Source: Methylocystis sp. (GTDB taxonomy: Bacteria > Pseudomonadota > Alphaproteobacteria > Rhizobiales > Beijerinckiaceae). From it: a DNA stretch of 64,000 nt. Each line of letters begins with the position of its first letter. Within the stretch, counting starts at the first letter, position 1. The DNA lies in NCBI RefSeq assembly GCF_050181815.1, contig NZ_JBFXCV010000003.1; one strand, given 5' to 3'. A program made the position numbers and the translations under genes. The notes beneath the pieces are model-generated. The model did no database searches. It saw nothing but the letters and a program-made list of their open reading frames with translations, and was not told the DNA's origin. Shown here piece by piece: positions 21,323 through 29,261 of this stretch.

Positions 21323-21598
21323 CTATTGCTCCCAGGACGGCCGACGTTTGGCGAGTTCCGCAAGCGCAGGAATCGCTTTGGCGGGCTTGTGCAGCCATGC
21401 CTCGAACGCCGCCCAATTTTCCGCTGGAATAGTGACGACGCTGCGGTTGAGCACTTCGGCTTCGGCGGACTCTACCGCCTTGCGGCGCACGAAATCGCTC
21501 AACGTCGTGTGTGCTTGAGCCGCCGCCGCTTCGAGGATGGCGCGTTCATCGGAATTGACCCGAACGCTCAAAACCGTTGTCTGGGACGCGCTGCTCAT
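21323..21598 (-). CDS. DUF1778 ribbon-helix-helix antitoxin (TacA type)
   Basis: LSVRVNSDERAILEAAAAQAHTTLSDFVRRKAVESAE..AFEAWLHKP; stop abuts the toxin GTG. Confidence 0.9.
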   Translation of the reverse strand: MSSASQTTVLSVRVNSDERAILEAAAAQAHTTLSDFVRRKAVESAEAEVLNRSVVTIPAENWAAFEAWLHKPAKAIPALAELAKRRPSWEQ

Positions 21599-21634
21599 GC
21601 GTATGACAATGACATACAGGAGGGCTTTGTTCAA
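21599..21634 (-). promoter_or_regulatory. Candidate leaderless toxin-antitoxin promoter with an overlapping palindromic operator
   Basis: Minus strand TTGAAC-N17-CATTGT-N7-ATG with no room for a Shine-Dalgarno. Dyad GTATG-N7-CATAC (21601-21617) overlaps the -10. Confidence 0.45.
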
Positions 21635-21664
21635 TCCTCGAGGCGGCTGTCGATCGCCTGAAAC

Positions 21665-22315
21665 TCAGGCGTGTCCGGCGTTTGAAGACAGCCGTTCGGG
21701 ATCGACGCCGATCGAACGCAAAGCGCGCGCATATTTCGTATCGAGGTCGCGATCGAACAGCAAAGCAGGATCGGAGGGACAATTCAGCCAGCCGTTGCGC
21801 TGAATCTCTTCTTCAAGCTGGCCCGCGTCCCAGCCCGCATAGCCGAGCGCAAGCAGCGCCCGGTCGGGGCCCTCTCCCGCCGCGATGGCGCGCAGAATGT
21901 CGATGGTCGCGGTGAGCGACACGCCGTCGTCGATCGGCAGCGTCGAATTATCGAGGAAGAAATCCGGCGAATGCAGCACGAAGCCGCGGTCGGTCTGCAC
22001 CGGCCCGCCGGAGAGCACCTGGATGTCTTCGGCGCGGCTTGGCAGGCTGATGCGCTCTTGAGGCGCGATCACCTGAAGCTGCACCAGGAGATCGGGGAAA
22101 TTGCGCACGCGTGCCGGCTGGTTGACCACGATGCCCATCGCGCCGTCCTCGGAATGGGCGCAGAGATAAATCACCGACCGCGCGAAGCGCTGATCCAGCA
22201 TGCTCGGCATTGCGATCAGCAGTTGGCCGTCAAGGAAGCGATGCTCAGCGGCATGTCCGCTGCGGCGTTCGCTCACCCTGGCCGCGAAATCTTGCTTCTT
22301 GCCAGCTGGCCTCAT
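21665..22315 (-). CDS. YqgE/AlgH family protein
   Basis: [52 protein letters not shown]. Confidence 0.93.
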   Translation of the reverse strand: MRPAGKKQDFAARVSERRSGHAAEHRFLDGQLLIAMPSMLDQRFARSVIYLCAHSEDGAMGIVVNQPARVRNFPDLLVQLQVIAPQERISLPSRAEDIQVLSGGPVQTDRGFVLHSPDFFLDNSTLPIDDGVSLTATIDILRAIAAGEGPDRALLALGYAGWDAGQLEEEIQRNGWLNCPSDPALLFDRDLDTKYARALRSIGVDPERLSSNAGHA

Positions 22316-22417
22316 AGGGTCATGCTACGCTCGCCGCGCTTCAAGAACAAGCGGCGCAAGTGACGTACAAGCGACGTAACTGACTGCCTTGACTGAAAGA
22401 CGGGCCGCCGCAGACCT

Positions 22418-23227
22418 ATGACGCGTTACAATTTCCTGATACTCGCGCAACTCGCCGCAACGCTCGCGCAGGGCGTGTTGAATGGGACGCTCGCCAAGAA
22501 CGCGAATTTCGCTTCCGCGGCCGTCAAAAGCGCGGCGTCCAGCGCTCGGCTTCTGTCGGCCGGACCTCCGCAGAGCGGCGCTTACCGCGCCGCCGTCGAG
22601 ATCGCGCTCGATCCGGAGACGATCACCTACTGGCGTCAGCCCGGCGAAGCCGGCTCCGCGCCCGCGTTCGACTTTTCGAAATCCGTCAATGTCGCCAAGG
22701 TCGAACCGTCATATCCGGTTCCCAAACATATCGACGAGGCGGGAACCGTCGTCGCCGGCTATGAGTCCCGCGTCCTTCTCCCCCTGAAAGTGACGCCGCG
22801 CGATCCCAACGCGCCGGTGACGCTAAATCTCGTGCTGGATTACGTGTCATGCGGCAAAATCTGCCTGCCCGCGCGCGCCGATCTGTCGCTGGAGCTGCCC
22901 CGCGAGGGCGCCTCGCCGCATGCGGCGGCGATCGCTGAAAGCGAACGGCTTGTGCCGAAAAAACTCACCGCGGAGGAAGCGAAAAAACGCTTTGCGCTGT
23001 CGCGCGGCGGCGCGGATGGGTCTTGGCGGCTTCGCTACCTCGGACCCGGCAAGGCGAAGGACCTCTTCGCGGAAGCCAAAGAGCCATTCTTCATCGAGAG
23101 CGCGCGCGCAGGAGATGACTTTGAGCTTAAGCTTTTTTCCGGCGACGCTCCCGCCAAAGCCGCCGACGCCACGCTGACGATTGTCACCGACGGCGGCGCT
23201 TTCGAGGCGCCGGCGCGGCTCGAGTGA
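22418..23227 (+). CDS. Exported DsbD N-terminal-domain protein
   Basis: TYWRQPGEAG and YVSCGKICLP (CxxxC); divergent from yqgE. Confidence 0.8.
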   Translation: MTRYNFLILAQLAATLAQGVLNGTLAKNANFASAAVKSAASSARLLSAGPPQSGAYRAAVEIALDPETITYWRQPGEAGSAPAFDFSKSVNVAKVEPSYPVPKHIDEAGTVVAGYESRVLLPLKVTPRDPNAPVTLNLVLDYVSCGKICLPARADLSLELPREGASPHAAAIAESERLVPKKLTAEEAKKRFALSRGGADGSWRLRYLGPGKAKDLFAEAKEPFFIESARAGDDFELKLFSGDAPAKAADATLTIVTDGGAFEAPARLE

Positions 23228-23250
23228 ACGCGCGCTTCGCGTCTCTCGCC

Positions 23251-24549
23251 CTACTCCGCTTTGGCGTCGATCGGCGCCGCTGGCTCATGATCGAGCTTCG
23301 GCGTGCGCTTGAACGTCGATTTGCGTCCACGCAGAGTCTGCAGGATTTTCGCGCCATTGGCGAAGGCGAGATAGATCATCAGCGGCGGAATTGACGCGAC
23401 CGTCTTCAGATAATCGACAATGGTCCCGCGCTTGAGCGCGAGATAGGGCGGCAGCGTGATGCCAAGCGCCACCAGCGCCGTCATGATCCCGATGATTTCC
23501 AACACATCCGCATAGGGCGCGAGCGATCCGTGCAAGAGCCCGCCAAGAACAAAGGCGATGAATCCGATGGCGGCGGTGGGGAAGAAAATCTGATGGGCGA
23601 TAAGGGAGATCGCCATCACGCGGCGCGTCAGGCTCCAAGGCGAGCGCCAGATCGGCAGAATGGTCTTCTGCGCCACCTGCACGAAGCCGTTGGACCAACG
23701 CCTTTGCTGACGGCGGAAGTCGCGGATTCCCTCCGGCACCTGGCCGGGAATCGGCGGTTCGGAAACGAACAAACCATGCCAGCCATTGAGCGCCGCGCGC
23801 ACGGTGAGATCGAGGTCCTCGCACAGCGAATAGTCCGACCAGCCGCCGGTGTCGTCGATCGTCGCGCGCCGCCAGATGCCGCCCGTGCCGTTGAACTGGA
23901 AGAGCCAGCCCGCATGCGCGCGCGAGCGCTGCTCGACGAGATAATGCCCGTCCTGCACGAGTCCCTGCGCGCGCGTCAGCCAGTTCTTTTCGAAATTCTG
24001 GAATTCGCAGCGCGACTGCACGAAGCCGACGCGATCGTCGATCAGAAACAGCGGCACCGTTCGCCTGAGCCAATTGGCCGGCGGGCGGAAGTCGGCGTCG
24101 AGCATCGCCACGAAAGGTTCATCGGTAATCGTGAGGCCGTGCGCGCAGGCGCCCGCCTTAAATCCCGAGCGGTCGGCTCGGCGCACATGGTCGATCACCG
24201 CGCCGCCGGCGCGAAGCTCCGCCGCCACCGCATCGGCGCGCGCGCTCGTCTCGTCGGTTGAATCATCGAGAAGCTGAATGCGCAGCTTTTCCTTGGGCCA
24301 GTCCAGAAGCGCGACGCAGCGCAAGGATTGCTCAGTGACGAGCGGCTCGTTAAACACCGGGATTTGCAGCAGCACTCGCGGCAAATCGCTGTCGGGCGTC
24401 GCGGGCGCTTCCGAATCGCGCACGCGCCGCAGCTGGTCATAGAAGAAGCGGCCGATGACGACGAGATAGCCGATCCCGATCGCCGCCAGTATCGAAGCGC
24501 AGACAATCACGACTGCGTCGACAAGGAATTGAAAAAGCCCCAGCACCAA
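23251..24549 (-). CDS. Membrane GT2 glycosyltransferase (cellulose-synthase-like)
   Basis: QIPVFNE, GFKAG, LDADF, EDLDL, QQRRW plus flanking TM helices. TTG start; GTG at 24546 is an alternative. Confidence 0.88.
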   Translation of the reverse strand: MVLGLFQFLVDAVVIVCASILAAIGIGYLVVIGRFFYDQLRRVRDSEAPATPDSDLPRVLLQIPVFNEPLVTEQSLRCVALLDWPKEKLRIQLLDDSTDETSARADAVAAELRAGGAVIDHVRRADRSGFKAGACAHGLTITDEPFVAMLDADFRPPANWLRRTVPLFLIDDRVGFVQSRCEFQNFEKNWLTRAQGLVQDGHYLVEQRSRAHAGWLFQFNGTGGIWRRATIDDTGGWSDYSLCEDLDLTVRAALNGWHGLFVSEPPIPGQVPEGIRDFRRQQRRWSNGFVQVAQKTILPIWRSPWSLTRRVMAISLIAHQIFFPTAAIGFIAFVLGGLLHGSLAPYADVLEIIGIMTALVALGITLPPYLALKRGTIVDYLKTVASIPPLMIYLAFANGAKILQTLRGRKSTFKRTPKLDHEPAAPIDAKAE

Positions 24550-24554
24550 ACGGC

Positions 24555-25712
24555 CTATCCTTCTTCGTGCGGAACCGGCGCAGGCCTCGCGCCCGCCCGG
24601 GTGTCCACGCTGCTCTTCGCCCAGACCACGCGATCAGTGACCCAGGCGTTCAACCAGACCGCCAGCATGGCCGCCTCGCGAACCACAAACACCGCCGGCG
24701 CGACCCAGGATAATTGCCATCCTTTGGCCATATAAAGCAATATCTCCACCGCAAACCACAGGAAAAGCGTTGCGGCCGCCGCCAGGGCGGGGTGGAGGCC
24801 GATCAGCGGCGCCGCCAGCGCCGAGGCCATAACTGCCGGAAGCGCTTGACATATTGGCTCGGCGAGGAAGGAGACGAGTTCGTCATTGCGGCGAATGACG
24901 CTCCAGCGCAACTGCCTTTGATAGACGTCCGCGAAATCGCGCGCGCCGAGTTCCTGCCGCACCGGCAGGTGCGAAAAAACCGGTCGTTTGCCGATGCGTC
25001 GCATCGCCTTGGCCAGGGCGTTGTCTTCGCCGACCGTATGAGAAATGGCGTTAAAGCCGCCGGCGCGCAGGAAGTCGGCGCGACGAAACAGCATGATCTT
25101 GCCGACTCCATGTCCCTGCCCCAACGCCGACGCCAGAAACAGCATGCGGGCATGCGGTCCGTTGATGATCGCGGCTTCGACATGGGCGGCGAAATTTTCG
25201 AGCCGCGCGCAATAGGGAATGGCGCAGACCAGCCCGACGTCGTCCGTCAGGTTCCGCATATGCTGCGCCAGCGCATCAGGCTCGAGCAGCACATTGGCGT
25301 CCTTCATCAAGATGACGTCATGGGTCGCCTCCATAAAGGGCGCGTAAAGATTGTCGACCTTCGGGCTTACCGCGAATTTCGCCGTGGAAAGAAGAACGCG
25401 CGACGGGATGGTCGGATGACGCGCGAAAATGGCGCGCATGCGTTGAACGGCAAGCGAGTCGAGGTCGGTTGCGGAGACCGTCACATCGAAGTCGCGATAA
25501 TGCTGCGTCAGCGCGGACTCTTGCGTGCGATCAAATTGATCGTCGACCAGCTTGACCGGCAGAACCACGGAGACCGCCGGCTGATCTCGTCGCGTGGCGC
25601 GTCGGGCGGCGATCCTAGGTTGCACGATGGTCGCCGCCACTGAGACGAAGAGCAAAGCAGTGGCGATGAGCCAGTAGATCGCCGCCGCCCATGTGATGAT
25701 TTCGAAAATCAC
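24555..25712 (-). CDS. Ceramide glucosyltransferase / HpnI-like (GT21) glycosyltransferase
   Basis: SPKVDNL, MKDANV, VGKIMLFRR, GEDNAL, RQLRW. GTG at 25712 overlaps the SDR stop (GTGA). Confidence 0.85.
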   Translation of the reverse strand: MIFEIITWAAAIYWLIATALLFVSVAATIVQPRIAARRATRRDQPAVSVVLPVKLVDDQFDRTQESALTQHYRDFDVTVSATDLDSLAVQRMRAIFARHPTIPSRVLLSTAKFAVSPKVDNLYAPFMEATHDVILMKDANVLLEPDALAQHMRNLTDDVGLVCAIPYCARLENFAAHVEAAIINGPHARMLFLASALGQGHGVGKIMLFRRADFLRAGGFNAISHTVGEDNALAKAMRRIGKRPVFSHLPVRQELGARDFADVYQRQLRWSVIRRNDELVSFLAEPICQALPAVMASALAAPLIGLHPALAAAATLFLWFAVEILLYMAKGWQLSWVAPAVFVVREAAMLAVWLNAWVTDRVVWAKSSVDTRAGARPAPVPHEEG

Positions 25713-26626
25713 CTTTCCCCGCGCTCCGACGTTTCCGGCACCTCGGCGGGAAACTGGCGCATGACGCCGTCGACGAGCGCCGCCGGAAAGAAGGAGAACA
25801 GGCGCATCGCCCAATACATATACCGAGGAAAGGCGATGACGTTGCGGCGGCGTTCAAGCCCTTTCTTGATGATGCGCGCGGCGTCTTCATCGGACAGAGC
25901 GCCGGGTTGCCATGATTCGACGCTCGCCGACGCCGATGGCTTTGCGACAGTGCGCGCCGAGAAGGGCGTCTTCACAATGGTGCGCGCCGACATCGGCGTC
26001 TTCACATAACCCGGCACGATCAGCGCGACATGCACGCCGTGCGACGCGAGCTGGGCGCGCAGGCAGTCCGCCCACATGTGAACGCATGCCTTCGCCGCGC
26101 AATAGGCTGGCGAATGGGGCAGCGCCCGCACGCCGGCCATCGAGCCCACGATGGCGATCCTGCCGCTTTTGCGCGCGCACATCGGCAATATGACGGGTTC
26201 GACCGTGTTGAATATCCCGGCGACGTTGATCGCGAGCATGGCGCGCACCGCATCAGGCGTTTCAACAATCTGGCCGGGCGACAGCCCTGTTGAGACGCCG
26301 GCGTTGGCGACGAGAATGTCGATCGGGCGCTTGTCGTGCGCGGACTGAACGATCCGCGCCATGACTTCGCGATCGCGCACGTCGGCGATGTGAGTCTCGG
26401 CCCCTTCAGCGCCGGCGTCGAGACAGGCGCGCGCGGTCGCCTCGAGCCGTTCGGCGTCGCGCCCAAGCAACACAAGGCTTGCGCCGTCGCGCGCATAGGC
26501 GAGCGCCAGGGCGCGCCCGATGCCGCTCGACGCCCCGGTGATAAGGACATGCGCCTTGCCGCCCTCTTGAGGGGAGCGGACGTTCACCGAAGGCGGCCGT
26601 GTGGGGGTGTCTTCCTGGACGCCCAT
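25709..26626 (-). CDS. Short-chain dehydrogenase/reductase
   Basis: ITGASSGIG, NAG, GSMAG and YCAAK catalytic motif. Confidence 0.9.
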   Translation of the reverse strand: MGVQEDTPTRPPSVNVRSPQEGGKAHVLITGASSGIGRALALAYARDGASLVLLGRDAERLEATARACLDAGAEGAETHIADVRDREVMARIVQSAHDKRPIDILVANAGVSTGLSPGQIVETPDAVRAMLAINVAGIFNTVEPVILPMCARKSGRIAIVGSMAGVRALPHSPAYCAAKACVHMWADCLRAQLASHGVHVALIVPGYVKTPMSARTIVKTPFSARTVAKPSASASVESWQPGALSDEDAARIIKKGLERRRNVIAFPRYMYWAMRLFSFFPAALVDGVMRQFPAEVPETSERGER

Positions 26627-26670
26627 CCCCTACCCCGCCCCGAAAGGCTTCGCCGTCCGACCCTCCCCCT
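26572..26670. repeat. Palindromic repeat (family C) spanning the MaoC/SDR junction inside coding sequence
   Basis: Terminal hairpins CCCTCTTGAGGGGAG and CCCTCCCCCTCGAGGGGAGG, with inner GTGGGGGTG/CCCCTACCCC arms. Confidence 0.55.
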
Positions 26671-27073
26671 CGAGGGGAGGATGAAAACGCAGAGTCGCCT
26701 CGCCGATGATGCCGGGCGCCCGCGCGGCGCCATAGGCCGTCAGACGGACGAAAATCTCATTTTCGGTCGCGCGCAGCACGCGACCTGACAGTCTGACGGT
26801 GTCGCCGCGCAGGATCGGCTGCACGAATTTTCCGGCAAGCGAAGAGATGACGAGGTCGCCGCGCCAAGCCCTCAGCATCGGCTCAAAAAAAGCGAGGAGC
26901 TTCATGCCATGCACCGGCGGCGCCGAGAGGCCGATCGCCGCCGCCACCGCATCGTCGAGATGCAAGGGATTGGCGTCGCCCGAAACCTCAGCATAGCGCG
27001 CCAGCGAAGGCGCGTCGAAGGGGCCGATGATCGTTTCGGGCAGCGTATCGCCGACTTTGATGTCGCCGCTCAT
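26630..27073 (-). CDS. MaoC-type (R)-hydroxyacyl dehydratase, catalytic subunit
   Basis: YAEVSGDANPLHLD..VHGM (D-x4-H hydratase-2 motif) and FVQPILRGD. Confidence 0.88.
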   Translation of the reverse strand: MSGDIKVGDTLPETIIGPFDAPSLARYAEVSGDANPLHLDDAVAAAIGLSAPPVHGMKLLAFFEPMLRAWRGDLVISSLAGKFVQPILRGDTVRLSGRVLRATENEIFVRLTAYGAARAPGIIGEATLRFHPPLEGEGRTAKPFGAG

Positions 27074-27465
27074 GACGCGCTCCCAAATCCGGCGCGCGGC
27101 ACCAGCCGCAGCAATGTTTCGATTCGCGCGCAGCTTTCGCCGCCGGGCGTCGCGACAGTCGCCGCCATGATCAGCCGCGGCGGGGTTTCCTCGCGGCTCA
27201 TAGTGACGCGCAAATCATAGCTCTCGCCGGCGACGAGAGGCATGTCGTAGGCGAAGCTCTGCGACTCATGCACGGGCACGACGTCGAGTTCGACGCAGAG
27301 GTCGCTCACCACCGAAAAAAGCGAGGGCTCGGCGAGCCAGACCGCAGGATAGGCGAGCGGGACGCTGGCGCCGTCGCCGCCGGTTTCCCGCGCATAAGCC
27401 GCGGCGCGCGCAGGATCGACGCGCAGGCGGAAAGGCCCGAGAGCGAGCGGCGGCTCAAGCGGCAT
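27070..27465 (-). CDS. Hotdog-fold MaoC-like partner subunit (HadA-like, probably non-catalytic)
   Basis: AAAYARETG..PLAY and VHESQSFAYDMPLVAG; lacks the D-x4-H motif; ATGA-coupled to the MaoC gene. Confidence 0.7.
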   Translation of the reverse strand: MPLEPPLALGPFRLRVDPARAAAYARETGGDGASVPLAYPAVWLAEPSLFSVVSDLCVELDVVPVHESQSFAYDMPLVAGESYDLRVTMSREETPPRLIMAATVATPGGESCARIETLLRLVPRAGFGSAS

Positions 27466-28690
27466 GACGCACGATCAGCACGGCGTTGATCCCTCCGAAA
27501 GCGAAAGAGTTCGACATTGCCGCATCGATCTTATGCTTGCGCGCGGCGTTGGGGACAACGTCGAGCGGACATTTCGGGTCTCGTTCCAGGAAATTGATGG
27601 TCGGCGGCGCGATCTGTTCACGCAGCGCCTTGATGGTGATGACGAGTTCCAGGCCGCCGCTCGCGCCGAGCGCATGTCCATGAATGGGTTTCGTCGACGA
27701 CACCGGCACCACGCGCCCATAGTCGCCAAATACGCGCAAAATCGCTTCGGCTTCGGTGATGTCATTGGCGTGAGTCGCGGTGCCGTGGGCGTTCACATAG
27801 TGAATGTCCTGCGGCGTCATTTCCGCGTCTTCCAAAGCCAGAGAGATCGAACTCGACGCGCCTTCGAGGTCGGGGCGCACCGGGTCCTTGGCGTCGCTCG
27901 TCGTGCCATAGCCCGCGAGTTCGCATAAGGGTTCGTGGCCCCGCGCCCGCGCCGACTCCTCGGTTTCAAGAATAAAGACCGCCGCGCCTTCGCCAAGCGA
28001 CATGCCGTTGCGGCCCTTTGAAAAGGGACGACACAGACTCGGGCTCAGGACGCGAAGCCCCTCCCAGGCGCGGATCGTCGCATTGATCACGCAGGCTTCG
28101 GCGCCGCCGACGATCGCTTTGTCGACCAGACCCAGTCTGATCATCTGCATGCCGAGTCCGATCGACTGCGTCGCCGAAGAGCAGGCGCTGCCGATCGCGA
28201 AGGTCGGACCGAGACAGGAATAGCGCATCCCGATCGTCGCTGGCGCCGCGCTCGGAATGAGCTTCGGGACGCTCAGCATCTCGGGCCTGGTCCCCTCGAC
28301 GTAATAGCGATAGATGCCGTCCTCGATCGTCGTCATCCCGCCGATGCCCGACCCGATGATGACGGCGGTTCCGGGCCCGGCGATGTCTTTACGCTTAAAC
28401 CCCGCCTGCGCCATCGCTTCGTCGGCGGCGACGATGCAGAACTGGGTAAAGGGATCGCAGAACGGAAGGATATTGGCTTCGATATGTTCGGCAGGATCGA
28501 AGCCGGGCACCTGCGCCGCGATCTTGATGCGGCCGTCGTAGGGGCGTTCGGTCTTGAGCGGACGAATCTGGCCGACGCCGTCGCGCGCTGCTTCCCAGAG
28601 TTTTTGAGCGCCGACGCCCGAGGCGCAGACTGCGCCCATGCCGGAAATAACGACGCGGCGCCCCTGGGGGCGCGCTCGCGAGAACGCCAT
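27455..28690 (-). CDS. Beta-ketoacyl-ACP synthase (FabF/NodE-like)
   Basis: Cys-His-His triad SACSS / NAHGT / GHALG, SNSFAFGG, and the WEGLRVLSPSLCRPFS block that resembles NodE. Confidence 0.93.
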   Translation of the reverse strand: MAFSRARPQGRRVVISGMGAVCASGVGAQKLWEAARDGVGQIRPLKTERPYDGRIKIAAQVPGFDPAEHIEANILPFCDPFTQFCIVAADEAMAQAGFKRKDIAGPGTAVIIGSGIGGMTTIEDGIYRYYVEGTRPEMLSVPKLIPSAAPATIGMRYSCLGPTFAIGSACSSATQSIGLGMQMIRLGLVDKAIVGGAEACVINATIRAWEGLRVLSPSLCRPFSKGRNGMSLGEGAAVFILETEESARARGHEPLCELAGYGTTSDAKDPVRPDLEGASSSISLALEDAEMTPQDIHYVNAHGTATHANDITEAEAILRVFGDYGRVVPVSSTKPIHGHALGASGGLELVITIKALREQIAPPTINFLERDPKCPLDVVPNAARKHKIDAAMSNSFAFGGINAVLIVRHAA

Positions 28691-28966
28691 TTACTGCTTC
28701 TCGCGCTCTTTCTGAATATGGTCCGCGATCGCCTCGATCAGACTTTTCACGTCCTTGGCTTCCTGCAGCGACCCATCCATCGGGATATAGACGTTGAACT
28801 TCTCTTCGAGCGCCGTGAGAATCATGACGATGTCCACGGATTTGAGATCGAGACTCTCGATCGACGCGTCGGGCGTGATCTTGCTTTTGTCGACCATGCC
28901 TTCAGACGCGATCACCTCTACGATCTCGTCGATGAGCTGGCTCCTATCCTGCACATTGTCCGTCAC
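28691..28966 (-). CDS. Specialised acyl carrier protein
   Basis: ITPDASIESLDLKSVDIVMILTALEEKF (Ser in KSVD instead of DSLD); GTG start after GGAGGG. Confidence 0.85.
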   Translation of the reverse strand: MTDNVQDRSQLIDEIVEVIASEGMVDKSKITPDASIESLDLKSVDIVMILTALEEKFNVYIPMDGSLQEAKDVKSLIEAIADHIQKEREKQ

Positions 28967-29261
28967 GGGTCCCTCCGTTTCAGGCTTCTTCGCCGCTTCG
29001 GCGACAACTGACGCGCACGCGGCGCTTTGACGCGGCGCGTCGATCCGACGCCTCTTAATCGGGTCGCGCGGTCGGACCGCCCGCCCTTATCTCGGCTGTT
29101 CCGCCCTCGCGCGCTACCCGCCCGCCCGAAGCGCGATCGGGACTGGTTAAGGCGTTTGGCCCCGAAAATAAAGCCCGTCCCGCCATTCGCGGATTAGCGG
29201 TGGCCCGCCGCACAGGTTCATGCGAAAAGGCCGCCCGAAACAACGGAGGGCGACGGGGCAA

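Noticed and set aside
23251-28966. Reading the lipid operon as the AcpXL very-long-chain lipid A cluster or a sphingolipid cluster
   Set aside because: It has one KAS, no FabZ-type dehydratase, no LpxXL acyltransferase and no serine palmitoyltransferase, and the ACP does not resemble AcpXL.
28967-29261. Possible cobalamin riboswitch upstream of the mutase subunit
   Set aside because: No GGGAA / GCAACTGT / AGACC B12-element blocks were found.
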